A stretch of DNA of 64,000 nucleotides from Paragordius varius (lineage: Eukaryota > Animalia > Nematomorpha). Where the stretch lies: contig OZ176055.1 in NCBI GenBank assembly GCA_964247055.1, forward strand, positions 5,766,001 to 5,830,000. Direction: 5' to 3'. Position 1 is the first letter of the stretch. Each line of letters starts with the position of its first letter. The notes below the pieces were generated by a model. The model was not told the DNA's origin. It ran no database searches and worked only from the letters and a program-made list of their open reading frames with translations. This document shows positions 13,643 through 26,299 of this stretch, piece after piece. The position numbers and the translations under genes were made by a program.

Positions 13643-14686
13643 ATGAAGGTCATACCCTAATTTTAGCAACTTGTACAAAAATGCCAACAATAACTATTAA
13701 CAGGATATTTTTAGGGTTATTTTTATATTTCTGAAATATTTTTTTATCTGTTTCTATTTGGAAATAATTTCGCAATATATTATCTGAAATGATGGATATT
13801 TAGATTTATTTTCGATAATAATAATATGCAGATATAGCACTTCTATTTTTTCAGATTGTTTTCTATGTACAGCGTTTTGATAAAAATTTATATATATCAC
13901 ATTTTATAATACGTATTTTATGTTTTAAGCATTGTTGTAAATAAACATCCAGGCCGGACAATCTTTTTTAAATTTTTTGTTAAATTGGTAAAAAACTGGA
14001 TTTAAATATATTATGGATTGAAATCTATATATTTTTAGTGATTTGTATTTTTTGAGAATTTTTATATAATTATTATATTAACAGGATCTTTTTGTTTCAA
14101 TTGTTGGGGCTATTTAAATTTTAGATTATATAATAATAATTTTTTTTTACTTAATACATAACTCGTTGTATACCATTTTTCAATCAAACGTAACATTTTT
14201 TTCAAGCAAACGCAACATCCGCGCGATTGGACGAAGCTGATTGGGTCTAATATAGCGACAGCGCAATTTGACCAAATATACTAATTTTTACAAAAACAAT
14301 ATGCCTTAAATTGAGGTGTAAAATTTTTTTTAGGATTTAAAAATCAGGGGAATTAACAACAATTGTCTTTATTTGTGCAAGCTGGCTATGCTCACACGAT
14401 TGGTACTCATCAAAATTTAAAAGGCGGAAAAAGATGTTTTTCTGGTCTCTAGGGCCATAATAGCGATAAATAGCTTATACTTTTGACATATTCGCATATA
14501 TTTACGCGAAATAAGCACAAAAAATTAAAAAATTAAAAAGCACAGAGAATCGGGACATACACACAGATTTAAATTTTTATTATCAACATACATATCATTT
14601 ATTCCCAAAACTCTATGTATTACTATTACTTAAATTTTATATTTTATATTTTTTATTATTTAGGTATTTTGTATATATATATATAT

Positions 14687-15913
14687 CACTGTGTGCAAAA
14701 AAGAGGGTCATTTTGATTTAACGAAAAAAATTTTTTTTCATGAGATAGCTTATGACCGTATTCATTTGCCGCAAAAATTTTTATTTGTTGACAACCTATT
14801 TTTTGAAATATTGAGGGAAAATCAAAATCGGGCAAAAAGTGAAAATTAAGGATAATTAAGAATAATTCAAAAAATAATGATAAAATTTGAAATATTATGG
14901 CTTATTATCATTTTAGGAAATAATTTTAATATATAAATAGCCTAAAATCATATAGTTTGGGTTTCTATAAAATTTCAGGTCAAAAGATGGCGTTTTTCTT
15001 TTATCACACTTAAAAGACAAAATAAATTTAATGAAATTATATAAAATATTTTTTTAATTATTTACTACCTAAACTCACTATTAAAATCTTAACATTTATA
15101 TTTTATTCAGTAAAATAAACTTCTATATCAAAATAAAACCAAAAATATTGTTTTTTATTTTTGCATTTTTTTGTCATCTGGTTTATGAGTGTATAAAAAA
15201 TTTATACTGTTTTATTTTGGATTCTCACATGATTAGGAATTATTAAGTATATAATTTACGCAAAAGAGGATTTAAAAGTAGTGGAATATCAACCAAAAAA
15301 TCCTTACAATTTCCTCTAACAAGTCTGTTTTATGACATTTTAATATTTGTATTGGGATTTGTACGGATTGTTGGTTGATATTCCACTGATTTTCAATCCT
15401 ATTGTGCATAAATTATATACTTAATAATTCCTAATCATGTGAGAATCCAAAATAAAACAGATTAAATTTTTATACACTCATAAACCAGATGACAAAAAAA
15501 TGCAAAAATAAAAAACAATATTTTTGGTTTTATTTTGATATAGAAGTTTATTTTACTAAATAAAATATGAATGTTAAATAGTGAATTTAGATAGTAAATA
15601 ATTAAAAAAATTATTTTAATATAGTTTCATTATATTTATTTTGTCTTTTAAGTGTGATAAAAGAAAAAGCCATCTTTTGGCCTGAAATTTATAAAAACCC
15701 TAACTATATGATTTTAGGCTATTTATATATTGAAAATATCTCCTAAAATGATAAAACCATATTATTTCAATCATTGTTTTTTGAATTATCCTTAATGCTT
15801 GATTTCGATTTTCTCTCAATATTTCAAAAACTAGGTTGTCAACAAATAAAATTTTTTTAGGCAAATGAATACGCTGGTCATAAGCTATCTCATGAAAAAA
15901 TTTGCACACAGTG
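14687..15913. mobile_element. Foldback/palindromic non-autonomous DNA element (~600-bp inverted arms, ~50-bp loop)
   Basis: Termini CACTGTGTGCAAA / TTTGCACACAGTG with TAT on both flanks. The arms are visibly complementary along their length up to ~15310 and from ~15360. Confidence 0.85.
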
Positions 15914-16584
15914 TATTTATATATATATATGTATATATGTTATATGTGATTTGTGCCATCTGCGCCATACTCGCGGTTTAATTTCCACTGGCTTAGACTT
16001 TAAAATTTAAGCATAATCTTTTATTGTGTATAAATTGGGGCGAAGTTTTTACTTTTCTTATACTCTTGGATAAAACTCTTTGCAATGTCTTATTGCAGAA
16101 CATGGCATCAAGTTTCTGCTGTTAGAAATATTTAGATAGGGAACAAATGTTTTGCCAATTGTATTGGAACCAAAATTAGTAGTCCGGAATCAAAATATAT
16201 TTGAACGTATTTTTAAATCTTAAAAAGCTAGATTTATCTTATATAAATGAACAAAATAATAACTACAATGACTATGTTTTGCACGCCATCCCTCCATTTG
16301 TAAATGCTTTAGTCTTAAACCTAATTGCCACTCACGCGTTGTAAACTAAATCATGGGTGTCCTACATCGTTCGGGACATGTGCGGCTCGCGATAATTTTG
16401 GAAATTCATAATTTGCTGAAATACTGTAAATGCGGCCCGCTATCACTATTGGCTTTGACAAATAAAGTATATATAAGTAGAAACAATTTATCAAACATAT
16501 ATTATAATAACAAAAAATATTATACATTTATTTTATAATAAAATATTGATATTTTATTTTGAATAAACACAAAAACTAGGGCAA

Positions 16585-19500
16585 CTAAAGGTTGACGCCT
16601 CTCGCTACATAATTGCCACATCTGGGAAAACCTGGAGGGGCCGGTTTCATTTGATTAAGATTACCTACTTGTAATATGATACCCATTCCGCCCAATAAAT
16701 GCATACCCAAATGGCAATGGAACATCCAAAATCCTGTTCAATAAAAAATTATGATATACAAATTTTTATTGGTAAAATGAATCAATAACATGTATCACTA
16801 TCTTCATATACCAATGAGAGTAGCCATACAGATTGTAATAATGTGAAACCGTAACTGGAATGGTTTCTGGAGGGATCAAGCAGGCGTGGTACTCGTTTAA
16901 AAAAACAAAGCGGTATATTTTATTAAAAATAAAGCTAGGGTGGTTCTTGAGAAAAAACCGATTTATGCTGTTTCCATTCCATTACGACCGAGTCGAACAG
17001 GAACCTGGGATTATAACTGTTGAAATAACGCGTTTAATTAAGATAGAATAAAAACCACTTATTCTAGAATTATTAGATACAACTAAACTTTTAAAATTTT
17101 TAAATTAGAAATTTTCATTATACTGAGACCAATAATAATTACTAGCATAATATTTACCTGGGTTATCTGCCTTAAAACGTATAATTGTGTAGCCATAATC
17201 TGGCACTCCAACAGTGTCTTTGTATATAGGAGCCTGGAAATTGCGTTTAAGTAAATTGGCCTGATCTCTTCGTTTAACCTAAAAAACACAAAAATTCACC
17301 AATTGAATAAATATACTTGAATATCAATGGTTTGTTTAAATAAATTAGCTAAAAACAAAATTTATTTATCAAATAAATAATATATATTTGGATAGTTTTA
17401 AATAAATTAACTAAAAACAGTAAATTTTCATTGATAATATTAAAATTACATCCGCGATGGTAAAATTTGGACCCAATCGTTCTGAACCCAAAACTGCAAA
17501 AGTATATCCATGGAGATGAAAGGCATGAGAGTCCACTCTAAGGTTATTACCTTTCATTGCAAATAAAATTATTTTAAACATAATAATATTGGCAACTTAT
17601 TTATAAAATCTACAATACTATATTATAATTTTGACGTCATAAAAATTATTATATATGAGTCAAATCCCCTATCTGTAAACTGCGAACCTTTTACAATAAA
17701 AAATGGAACTATTTTAGGCCTTTTCATCATTAATTTTTTTCTATGATTATTAGTATAACAACCTTCATCTACTATAACTATTTCCACAACAGAATCCAAG
17801 TCGATACGTGGATAAAGATGTACACAAAAACAGAATTGTGTTGAGCACTCCGGATTATTAGCTAGACTACAAAACTCTTCTTTTGGAACATCGTTGAATT
17901 GGGTTAATAGGGGAGAAGTCGGTCCCGTGTACGATATGTTGTCCACATTCGGTAAAACTAACATAAAAATTCAAAAGTCATATAATTTTTTATAAGTAAA
18001 TGAATACATTTAAGTTTGTCATTATGAGAAAAAATGTTACAAATTTTTGTTGCCTATGATAGAAATATTACCGTTCCCAATATAACTATCAACAAATAGG
18101 TAATATTTATGTTTGGGATTATTCAATGGTTTTTGATAAGAATGCCTCAAAGCTCTTAGATCAGTCATACGAACGTAAGCAGGGTTGGTGTTGAAATCGA
18201 TTTTGTGAACAGGATTCAAAACCTGGTATATATCACATGTATAGTATGAAATTATATGTAACGAATTTGTAATATGTATAATATATAATGGTGTTAAAAA
18301 GATATATTTATCTACCCTTTCTCCAGATTGAGGTGGTAAATCGGAATTCGCGAAAGTCAATTGATTCCTATTTCGCATTCTATCCAAATCTTGTTTTTGT
18401 CGCATCAAAGCTAACGCCGAACTTAACGATATATTCCCACTCGTGGAATATATTAGATAAGACGTTGCATTACCTATTATATCAATACATGTATTAGGGT
18501 ACAATTTTAAAATTACAGTTGGTTCCGGTCTGAAAATTGAGATAAAATTATATTGATAGGTATGTTAATTATGTGACATACATTAAAATATAAAGAGTAA
18601 ATTTTCATGGTATTCTTATCAGTACCTACAGTATCGTATGGTTGAAACAACGATATGTCAAATAATTTTACCTTAGAAACATTTTGTTGAAATTTTCATT
18701 AAGGTGTATTTTTTTACATAAATGTGGAGGACTGAAAATACCTATATGTTAAATTTTAAATTAATATTTATATATTAAATTATGAATATAAAAAATTTAA
18801 ATTACCAACATACGCGGCAGTAGTATTGCGACATACACCATCTCCCACCCATTGCATGTGGAAAATCATGCTTTGGTTAGCACTTGTGCCTTGAACTATA
18901 GCTTGTGGGTTACGTGGTTCCAGAAAAAAATCAAACCTTTCTGCTGCCAATAGGTACACCTAATATTATGAGTTATTACTAAAACAAATATTATAAAAAT
19001 GACTATATAATATTTTGACTAACTTTATCTACTGTGATTGGGGCAACGGGAAACCCATCGACTTCCACCAATATAAGCCTATGGCCCTCTATCGTCAGAG
19101 ATATTGGACAGTGAAGAAAACCATTGCTTACGACTCGTAGATACGGTAATTGCCCCCTTGGTCTAAACACAAAATATGAAGGTGGGCTTTGCGAGAATGT
19201 CTCATCTAAGGAATAAACAAATTCAGTTTAAATGTTGATTTGTTAAAATAAGTCATATTTTACTAATGTCTGTAAAATTAAGCGAATAATGAACAAAATT
19301 ACTAGTTGTTCTGGCTTGTCCTTGACGGCCATTTACAACCAGAGAAGCAACGGTAGGTGCCGTTCCTCTCACAAAATACGGTGGAGTTAACACTGGGGTC
19401 CAGTCTTGAACTACCGCTAATCGATTTTGATCGTTTTCATAGACTGGGTAAGCAGGTCCTACAAAAATAAGAAAAATATTTTTTATACAAAGTCTATAAC

Positions 19501-20801
19501 ACTATTAGAGTTGTGGTGGATTAACAGAACCGGAATAGTCAAATCTATGGTCACTTAAATAAATATTTACTTTAATTTAGGATTATTCAAATTTTGTCTA
19601 AAATATTTACAATAAATTTTATGTTTTAAAAAGCTAATTCTACTAATTAGAATATTAATAGTAACACATACTTAATCTATTATAGAAAAAACAAGGTTTG
19701 CGAAAACGACACCCTAAAAGTAATGAAAAACCTTTATAAAATCTGTATCCTCGGTTAATATCAGTGTGACATAGATATGAAAATATTATCAATTAAAAAG
19801 GGTTCCTGGAACTACGTATTAAATTTAAAATGAAATTATGAAAGTCATTGGGAATATGGAAATCAATCTAAAACTGCCATTAATACGCAAGGTAGATATA
19901 TACTAAAAAACGAGCTAAACCCAAGAATCAAAGATCCTATGATTATAAAACACTTTCCTGTGCGGGTTCAAAGTTCAGCCACCCATATAAAGTCATAAGC
20001 GACTCAATTAGCTTTCCAAAAAAACATTAAAAACGGCCAAATGAATGATGCATATCATAACTATATCATTTTATATATATTGATCAATAAATTACACTTC
20101 ATCACCGCTAACTTTGGGTATTAAGTGTAAAAATATGAAAAGCAACTTCAACGACAAATATGTGAAAACTAATTTATTAACCTGATCTAGGGAACTTATT
20201 TCGAATGAGTAGACCACCTGCTACACCCTGGTCTCTAAGTAAGGCAGAATGTGCATGCCAAAATTTGGTGCCTGGGGGATATGCCTCAAATTTGTACTGA
20301 AAGGTTTGCCCGAAAGCTATATCACATTGGGTGATCATCTGGGCTCCATCCATCCATGGAGTTTTATCATGATGCAGACCGTGCCAATGCATTGCTAGCG
20401 ATTCACCGCTCAAAGCCATATTTGTCACATTTATGATAAGGATATCGTTTTCACATACCTAAAATGAGTTGTATAGCTAATTTTAACACTAAATCCTTTA
20501 ATACAATTATTTATTTACTAATCCAATTACCCTAAGTTCTGGTCCAGGAAATTGGTTATTGGTCAAAAAAAGGGGCCTTGTTATACCATCACCGGTGGAG
20601 CAATTACGGGCATAACAATCAGCCGGTACACCATTCGTGCAATTCCCACAAGTTGCTGGATTAAAGGTACGAGAAAATGTTACAACGAGAGAAAATTCAC
20701 AAATCATCCGTCGATCAGTGGGTCGGCATGGCCGATCACAAGGATGAGGTTGATTCCATAATTGACCGTTGATTGCGGGAAGGAGATTCGTTGTGACCCA
20801 T
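16585..20801 (-). CDS. Multicopper oxidase, laccase-type (Cys-rich N-terminal animal MCO)
   Basis: Exons ~20801-20531, 20458-20182, 19458-19303, 19205-19024, 18959-18806, [18760-18510 unresolved], ~18520-18072, 17957-17763, 17550-17450, 17278-17158, 16733-16585. All four copper motifs are present: MHWHG, WHAH, HAFHLH and [12 protein letters not shown] (axial Met). N-terminal HPCDRPC..ICEF. Start codon and signal peptide are uncertain. Confidence 0.92.
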
Positions 20802-22297
20802 ATAATTAATGCTAAATTTACAACATATAATTATGATTTGAACAGTCATAACGAAAAAACCGGTCTCATTGATTTCCCAGAATAAAATAGGTTCACGTTA
20901 AAACTTTTTTGATTCAATAAATGAAATCATTGTTATGAGAGAATTACATAATTACATATGCATATAAAACACTAAATAAGTGGTAATCATTCTTAGGTCT
21001 AGATACCCTTACCATCAAATTATTTTAATCCGATCTTTGCATAAGACGTTTTATTTCACATATTTAAGGTTATTTAAACACAAAATTATAAACTTTTGTA
21101 TTTTATTATTTTCCATTGAGGTCCGAAGTTTTAGCCATCGATTTATATTATTACAACATACAAAATGTTTAAAAAGCAGTGACCGCTAGATATCAGTTTT
21201 AGAGTTTATTTATCTATATATGCCACGTGACCCCCATATTTTTTAGATTGATGGTAAAAAACTACATTTTAAATCTAAATTTGGCACAATATAAAAATAG
21301 TGAAAGATTGTAGATATTAAAAATGTTGAATGCTCACATAATTTAACAACCCAATGTTAAAAAATATATTTTAAATTAAAATACCCAGTAATGAATTATA
21401 TTTCTCCATGTAAAATCAATTTTTAACTTTGACAAAAAACTTTTAAAAATAAATTACGAAGCTCTATAATAAAAGTTATTTTATTTAATATTATACAAGT
21501 TTTAATGTTAATCAGTTAGTATAATTAATTTCTATATGAATGATTTATTGGTCGAATATTATTTATTTAAACAAAAATAATTGTAAAAACCTTTGAATTA
21601 TTTGTAGAAAGAATATATGGTAAATGATTGGTGGACGGATGGACGGACAAAAAAGACATAACTCGCCACATACAAGGACAATGTAATTGATTAGTTGTTT
21701 TACCAAACTCACAGCTCACCTTGCTTTCGCTAATGTGAACAAAACATCGTAATATAATTTTTGCAATAACCAAAAAATGTTGATTCAGCTTCGTCGTTTT
21801 TATAATACAAAAAAATTATATCATCGGCTAAATTCTAAGTGGCTAAAACATTTTTTTAATTACATTTAAATAATTTTTATTTTAAATTATCATTTTATAG
21901 GTGATGTGGTATCTCACTGATTATCAAAAGAAAGTTAATAATTAATCTGCAAGAGAATAATGAGCTATGTTCATATTAATGCATTATAAATTGAAGTTTT
22001 TGGCGAACCTCATTGAAATAGTCAAATTTTAAATAATTGTAAAAAAATTAATATGATGTATTATTATATCACGTTTAAAATATATTTTCTGGAAAATATG
22101 TAAATATATGCAATATGATCATTTTTTTTCTAGTCAATTTATAATTATTAATTTTTTTCATAACATTAGTTCACAATTTCGTTATTTTTAATATCCATTA
22201 GTCAAAATTATTGGCTATCTTATGTATACTAAGTAAAGTGTTTTATGTCACAATAAGCATAAAAAATGATAAATAATAGTTATCAAGCATGAGAAAA

Positions 22298-24538
22298 TCT
22301 ATATATTTATAAAAATGTAAAGTGGTAGCTTTGTGATCTGTTTCCGGAAAACTGGTAGACCCATTTAAATCATAATGTCGAAAAATAATAATCATTAATG
22401 AATGCCCCGACAATAGCTTTGCCCTTTTTTTAAATTAGGCCCCCAGTTCGGGCCCCTGTATGAAATACGGGTTTTTTGAACAGAAAAGTCCACTAAAATC
22501 GTGTCTTTTGAGACAATTTTCCGGAAAACGTGTTGGACCATTCGAATTCAAATATATATTTTATTTACTTTTTTTCGATTGCGCCGAACATAGTCGGTTC
22601 GCTTTTTTAATTTAGGCCCTCTTTTTACCCGCTCCCCCCGTAAAATGCCATTTTATTCAAAAAAATTAAGCCCATAAAAATAATTTTTTAAATCTATTTT
22701 TCGCCCTAGGTATGAGACCGTAAAATTCAATAAGAAATCCAGCTATTCCCTGTTAAAAGGCAAGAAATTTAATGCGTTTCTTTGATGATAGCTGCTGGGT
22801 AAGGACATACCCGCTAAAAACTAACCCCTCATATCGAAATAGCGTGCCTTTGAGGCTATCAGAAAACATATCAGGCCATATGAATTCAATAACTGCTTAA
22901 AATATGCAACAAGGCAAAAATTGAGACCGTGCGGTTTATTAATATTAGCCGTTAATTAGGCCCTTCACGTCCTGAAAAATGCGCCACCATAAAATGATTT
23001 TTCAGTTTTGAGGCAATTTTTCCAAAAACTAATGAGAGCATATGGAATCAATCTTGATTTTAGGTATTCTCCGTAAAAAGGCAAAAATTTTAATCAAGCG
23101 CTTTTAATATCAGCCTCTGGGTAGGGAGCTACCCGCCTAAAACTGCGCCACCATATAGAAATTGCGTTGTTTAATAGATAATTTTCAGCAAACCTATCAC
23201 AATATATGTTTAATAAGGGCCTGAATATTACCCGTAAAAAGGCAAAAATTTAAGTCGAGCGATTTTTTAAATTAGCGGTTAATTAGGCTCTTTGCGCCCT
23301 AAAAATGCGCTATTATTGAACTATTATTTAGTTTTGAAGCCATTCTTCCAAAAACTACAATATATGAAATCAATGATGATCCCAGGTATTCCCCTATAAA
23401 GGCAAAAATTTTCATCCAACGTCTTTTTTACATTGACCTCTGAGTAGGGGGCCACCCGCCTAAAACTGCGTCATCTTATCGATACAGCGTGACTTTGGAG
23501 GCAAATTTTAGACAACTTATCAGGCCATATGAGTTTAATGAGGGCTTAAAAACCCGTAAAAGGCAAAGATTTAAGTAGAGCTTTATTAAACCCCTTAATA
23601 AGGTTCTTGCACTGAAAAATGCGCCCCCATAGAATGACTTTTTGGTTATAAGGCAAATTTTCGAAACCACGACATATGGAATCAATCATGATTCCAGGTA
23701 TTCCCTGAATTAAGACAAGAATTTTGCCCCGCGCATTTTTATACCTGCCTCTGGGTAAGAAGCTCCCCGCCAAAAAATGCGCCATTATATAGAAATTGCG
23801 CTGTTTTGGAGCTAATTAGAAAATTTAAGAAGCCAGCTCATTAAAATTTGAATATTACCCGTAAATAGGTAAAAAGGGTCATGCGTTTTTATTAGCCATT
23901 AATTTGGAGCCTTTATGCCCTAAAAATAGGCCATCATGTGACGATTATTTAGTGTTGAAATATTTTTTGGAATAACCCATGAGACAATGGTATCAAAGAT
24001 GATTCCAAATATTTGCCCTTCAAAGGGAAAAAATTTAACTCAGCGCTTTTTCCATATATGTCTATGGGCAGGGGCCTACCGGTTTAAAACTGAGACGCCC
24101 CACAAAAACGGCGTGGTTTTGGAGCCAATTTTCAAAAACTTACGAAGCCATACAAGTTCAGTTAAACACATTTCTGGGGAAGTTGTATAATATCATTCTT
24201 TCCTTAGAAAAGGGATTACTAATGATTTACTATTTATATCCCTTGATCCCAGCTGTGTGAAAATTTCATAATATAACTTTTAACCATGATTTCATAAAAC
24301 GAAAATCTTAAAATAATCCAAATATAGTTGAATAACTATAATGGACAGTTCAAATATGGTCAATTTCGAATCAACAATATTTGAGTCTATGCAAAAACCC
24401 GTAAAAGAATAATTTAAGACATTCTTTTTATTAATTTTTTTTATTATTTTTTATTCCCATTGCCTCTATCTATTCCAAATTATTAAGAATAATTATCGGT
24501 GAGACTACATCACAGCGAAGCGTGACAGGGCCAGCTAG
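22298..24538 (+). mobile_element. Non-autonomous Helitron carrying an internal tandem array
   Basis: 5' A|TCTATATATTTATAAAAATG. The 3' end has a GC-rich CACAGCGAAGCGTG hairpin followed by CCAGCTAG|T, so the element sits between A and T. Its first ~500 bp are shared with the copy at 60771. Confidence 0.8.
22740..24160. repeat. Diverged ~160-bp tandem repeat, about 9 monomers, alternating A/B (~320-bp higher-order unit)
   Basis: The anchor AAGGCA(A)-like motif recurs at ~22757, 22911, 23078, 23239, 23399, 23560, 23712, 23866 and 24023 (spacing 152-167 bp). Alternate monomers share GGGTAAGG..CCCGC..AAAACT versus TTAATTAGGC..AAAAATGCGC. Confidence 0.85.
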
Positions 24539-25112
24539 TAGCTTATATAAGTATTTGGTACATGGAATTGCTATTGGTAAAAACTAATAATTTCAGAATT
24601 ATCATTTAAATTTTATTTAAATTTTTTCAAAAAAACATTTTGATACAAAGGTGGATACTTTTTTAGACATGACCCGGGGATTAGCCTTAAAAGCAATAAT
24701 TATTTATGCAAAAATTTAAAAAAGTTTTAAATTAAAGGTCTACAATATCGTTTGATTTATATTAATTTAACATAAGTTAGGTAATATGAAATGAATTGTA
24801 CATTTGATTATAGTATCTAAATAAAAATCTTAACTTTGCTGTTAAATATGATAAGGAAATAGTTGGTATGAAATATGATATATTTTAAGGCAGTCCGTAC
24901 ATAATGAATAATGAAAAAGTTTTTATTTTAATTCACGAAACCATCATGACTTCCGATAATACTCTTAATGATGGTAGAAAATTGCCACCAAATTCGTGTT
25001 TCGATAATATAGTTTTAATATTATATGGGCACTAATGAAATAAAATCTTTTGTTTTATTCCATCTCATACAATAGAGTTGTTCAAGTACTAAATCTAGAA
25101 AATTATATTTAA

Positions 25113-25575
25113 CACATACAACACATTCATTTCAGTCCTTCGATTCTTAGGGTTTGAAATATATATTAATATGCCTAAATATCTATTCAAAAATATTTGA
25201 TATTACTTATTTAGAGGTTGAACCGAAAGATAAAAATTTAGCCAAAAAGACATGTGTACATAAGCTAAATTTAAAAATAATGCAAAATATACCTCTTTTT
25301 CTGTTATCATCTACGTTAAAGGTGATATTAATAAAAATACACTTAATTTTGGCCTTAGAATTAAATAAACACAATATTTTGCAAAAACTTTGTAAAATAA
25401 AAATGGCGTCAAAGTAGTTTGATACGGAGCTTTTTTTAAAATTTTATCGGCTTATTAAAATTTATTTGAATAGAAGCATACATTTAAATTGGAACTGTTA
25501 CTTTCAGTAGTTTTTTAAAAAATAGCAACCCAAATATGTCCAGGGCATTTAGATACCCCAATTTAAATCGAAGTG
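25113..25575 (+). mobile_element. Decayed copy of the TTAA/piggyBac-type MITE family
   Basis: TTAA|CACATACAACACATTCATTTCAGTCCTTCGATTC start and GATACCCCAATTTAAATCGAAGTG end. The interior is homologous to 33136-33678. Confidence 0.7.
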
Positions 25576-26299
25576 TTTCAGTATTGCATTATAGTATGTA
25601 ATACCGTTACCAATAATAACCAATATCTACTTTGACAGGTTTTATAGTGTATTAACTCTAAAATTGTAAAAATATAATTCCATCATCATTGATGACAAAA
25701 TTTGGCATGTTGTTATGAAGAATGCATATAATTCAACAAATTTCGGGTGGGCAATTAAAAAATGTTTAGATAAAATGTTTTAAATCTTGTTAGGTGAAAT
25801 TACAAAGTTTATTATTATGCTAGATATTGAGAGAATATTGCCGTTTAGTGAATATTATATTTGCCTCTTTGTTTTTGGTATAGTTTACGACCGATGCAAT
25901 TAAATCGTATGCTAATTATTACCTATTAAAGAATATATATTTGGAAGTTGTCCCAGAGCTTAAATGACGGTTCAAGTTTATTCTAAGTAATAACTACCCT
26001 AATGCTGTCAAATCTTATTTAAATTTAACATCAATATTTAATCAGAATTTATTAGGGATTTAGTTTAAAATTAGGAAATATTTGTGGCGGCATTCGGTAT
26101 GACGATTTTCGACGATTCCGTTTCCAATAATTCAGCGCCTAAAATGCCAAATGCACTTTTGCCAACAGCATAGATATCTTATAATTTTTGATATATCTAG
26201 TAATTAATTCCCAGAGTAATGATGTGATGCTAAAAATTACTCAACATTTGAATAAAGATTAAATAAATTTCTATGCTGATTTTGTGTCTGAAATAAAAT

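Noticed and set aside
22740-24160. Regularly spaced repeats as a CRISPR array
   Set aside because: Units are ~160-bp diverged monomers without unique spacers, the context is eukaryotic, and no cas genes are present.
26070-26180. Minus-strand peptide IYAVGKSAFGILG resembling an RCC1 repeat start, head-to-head with STAM
   Set aside because: The frame closes after ~35 codons and no further RCC1 repeats were found.
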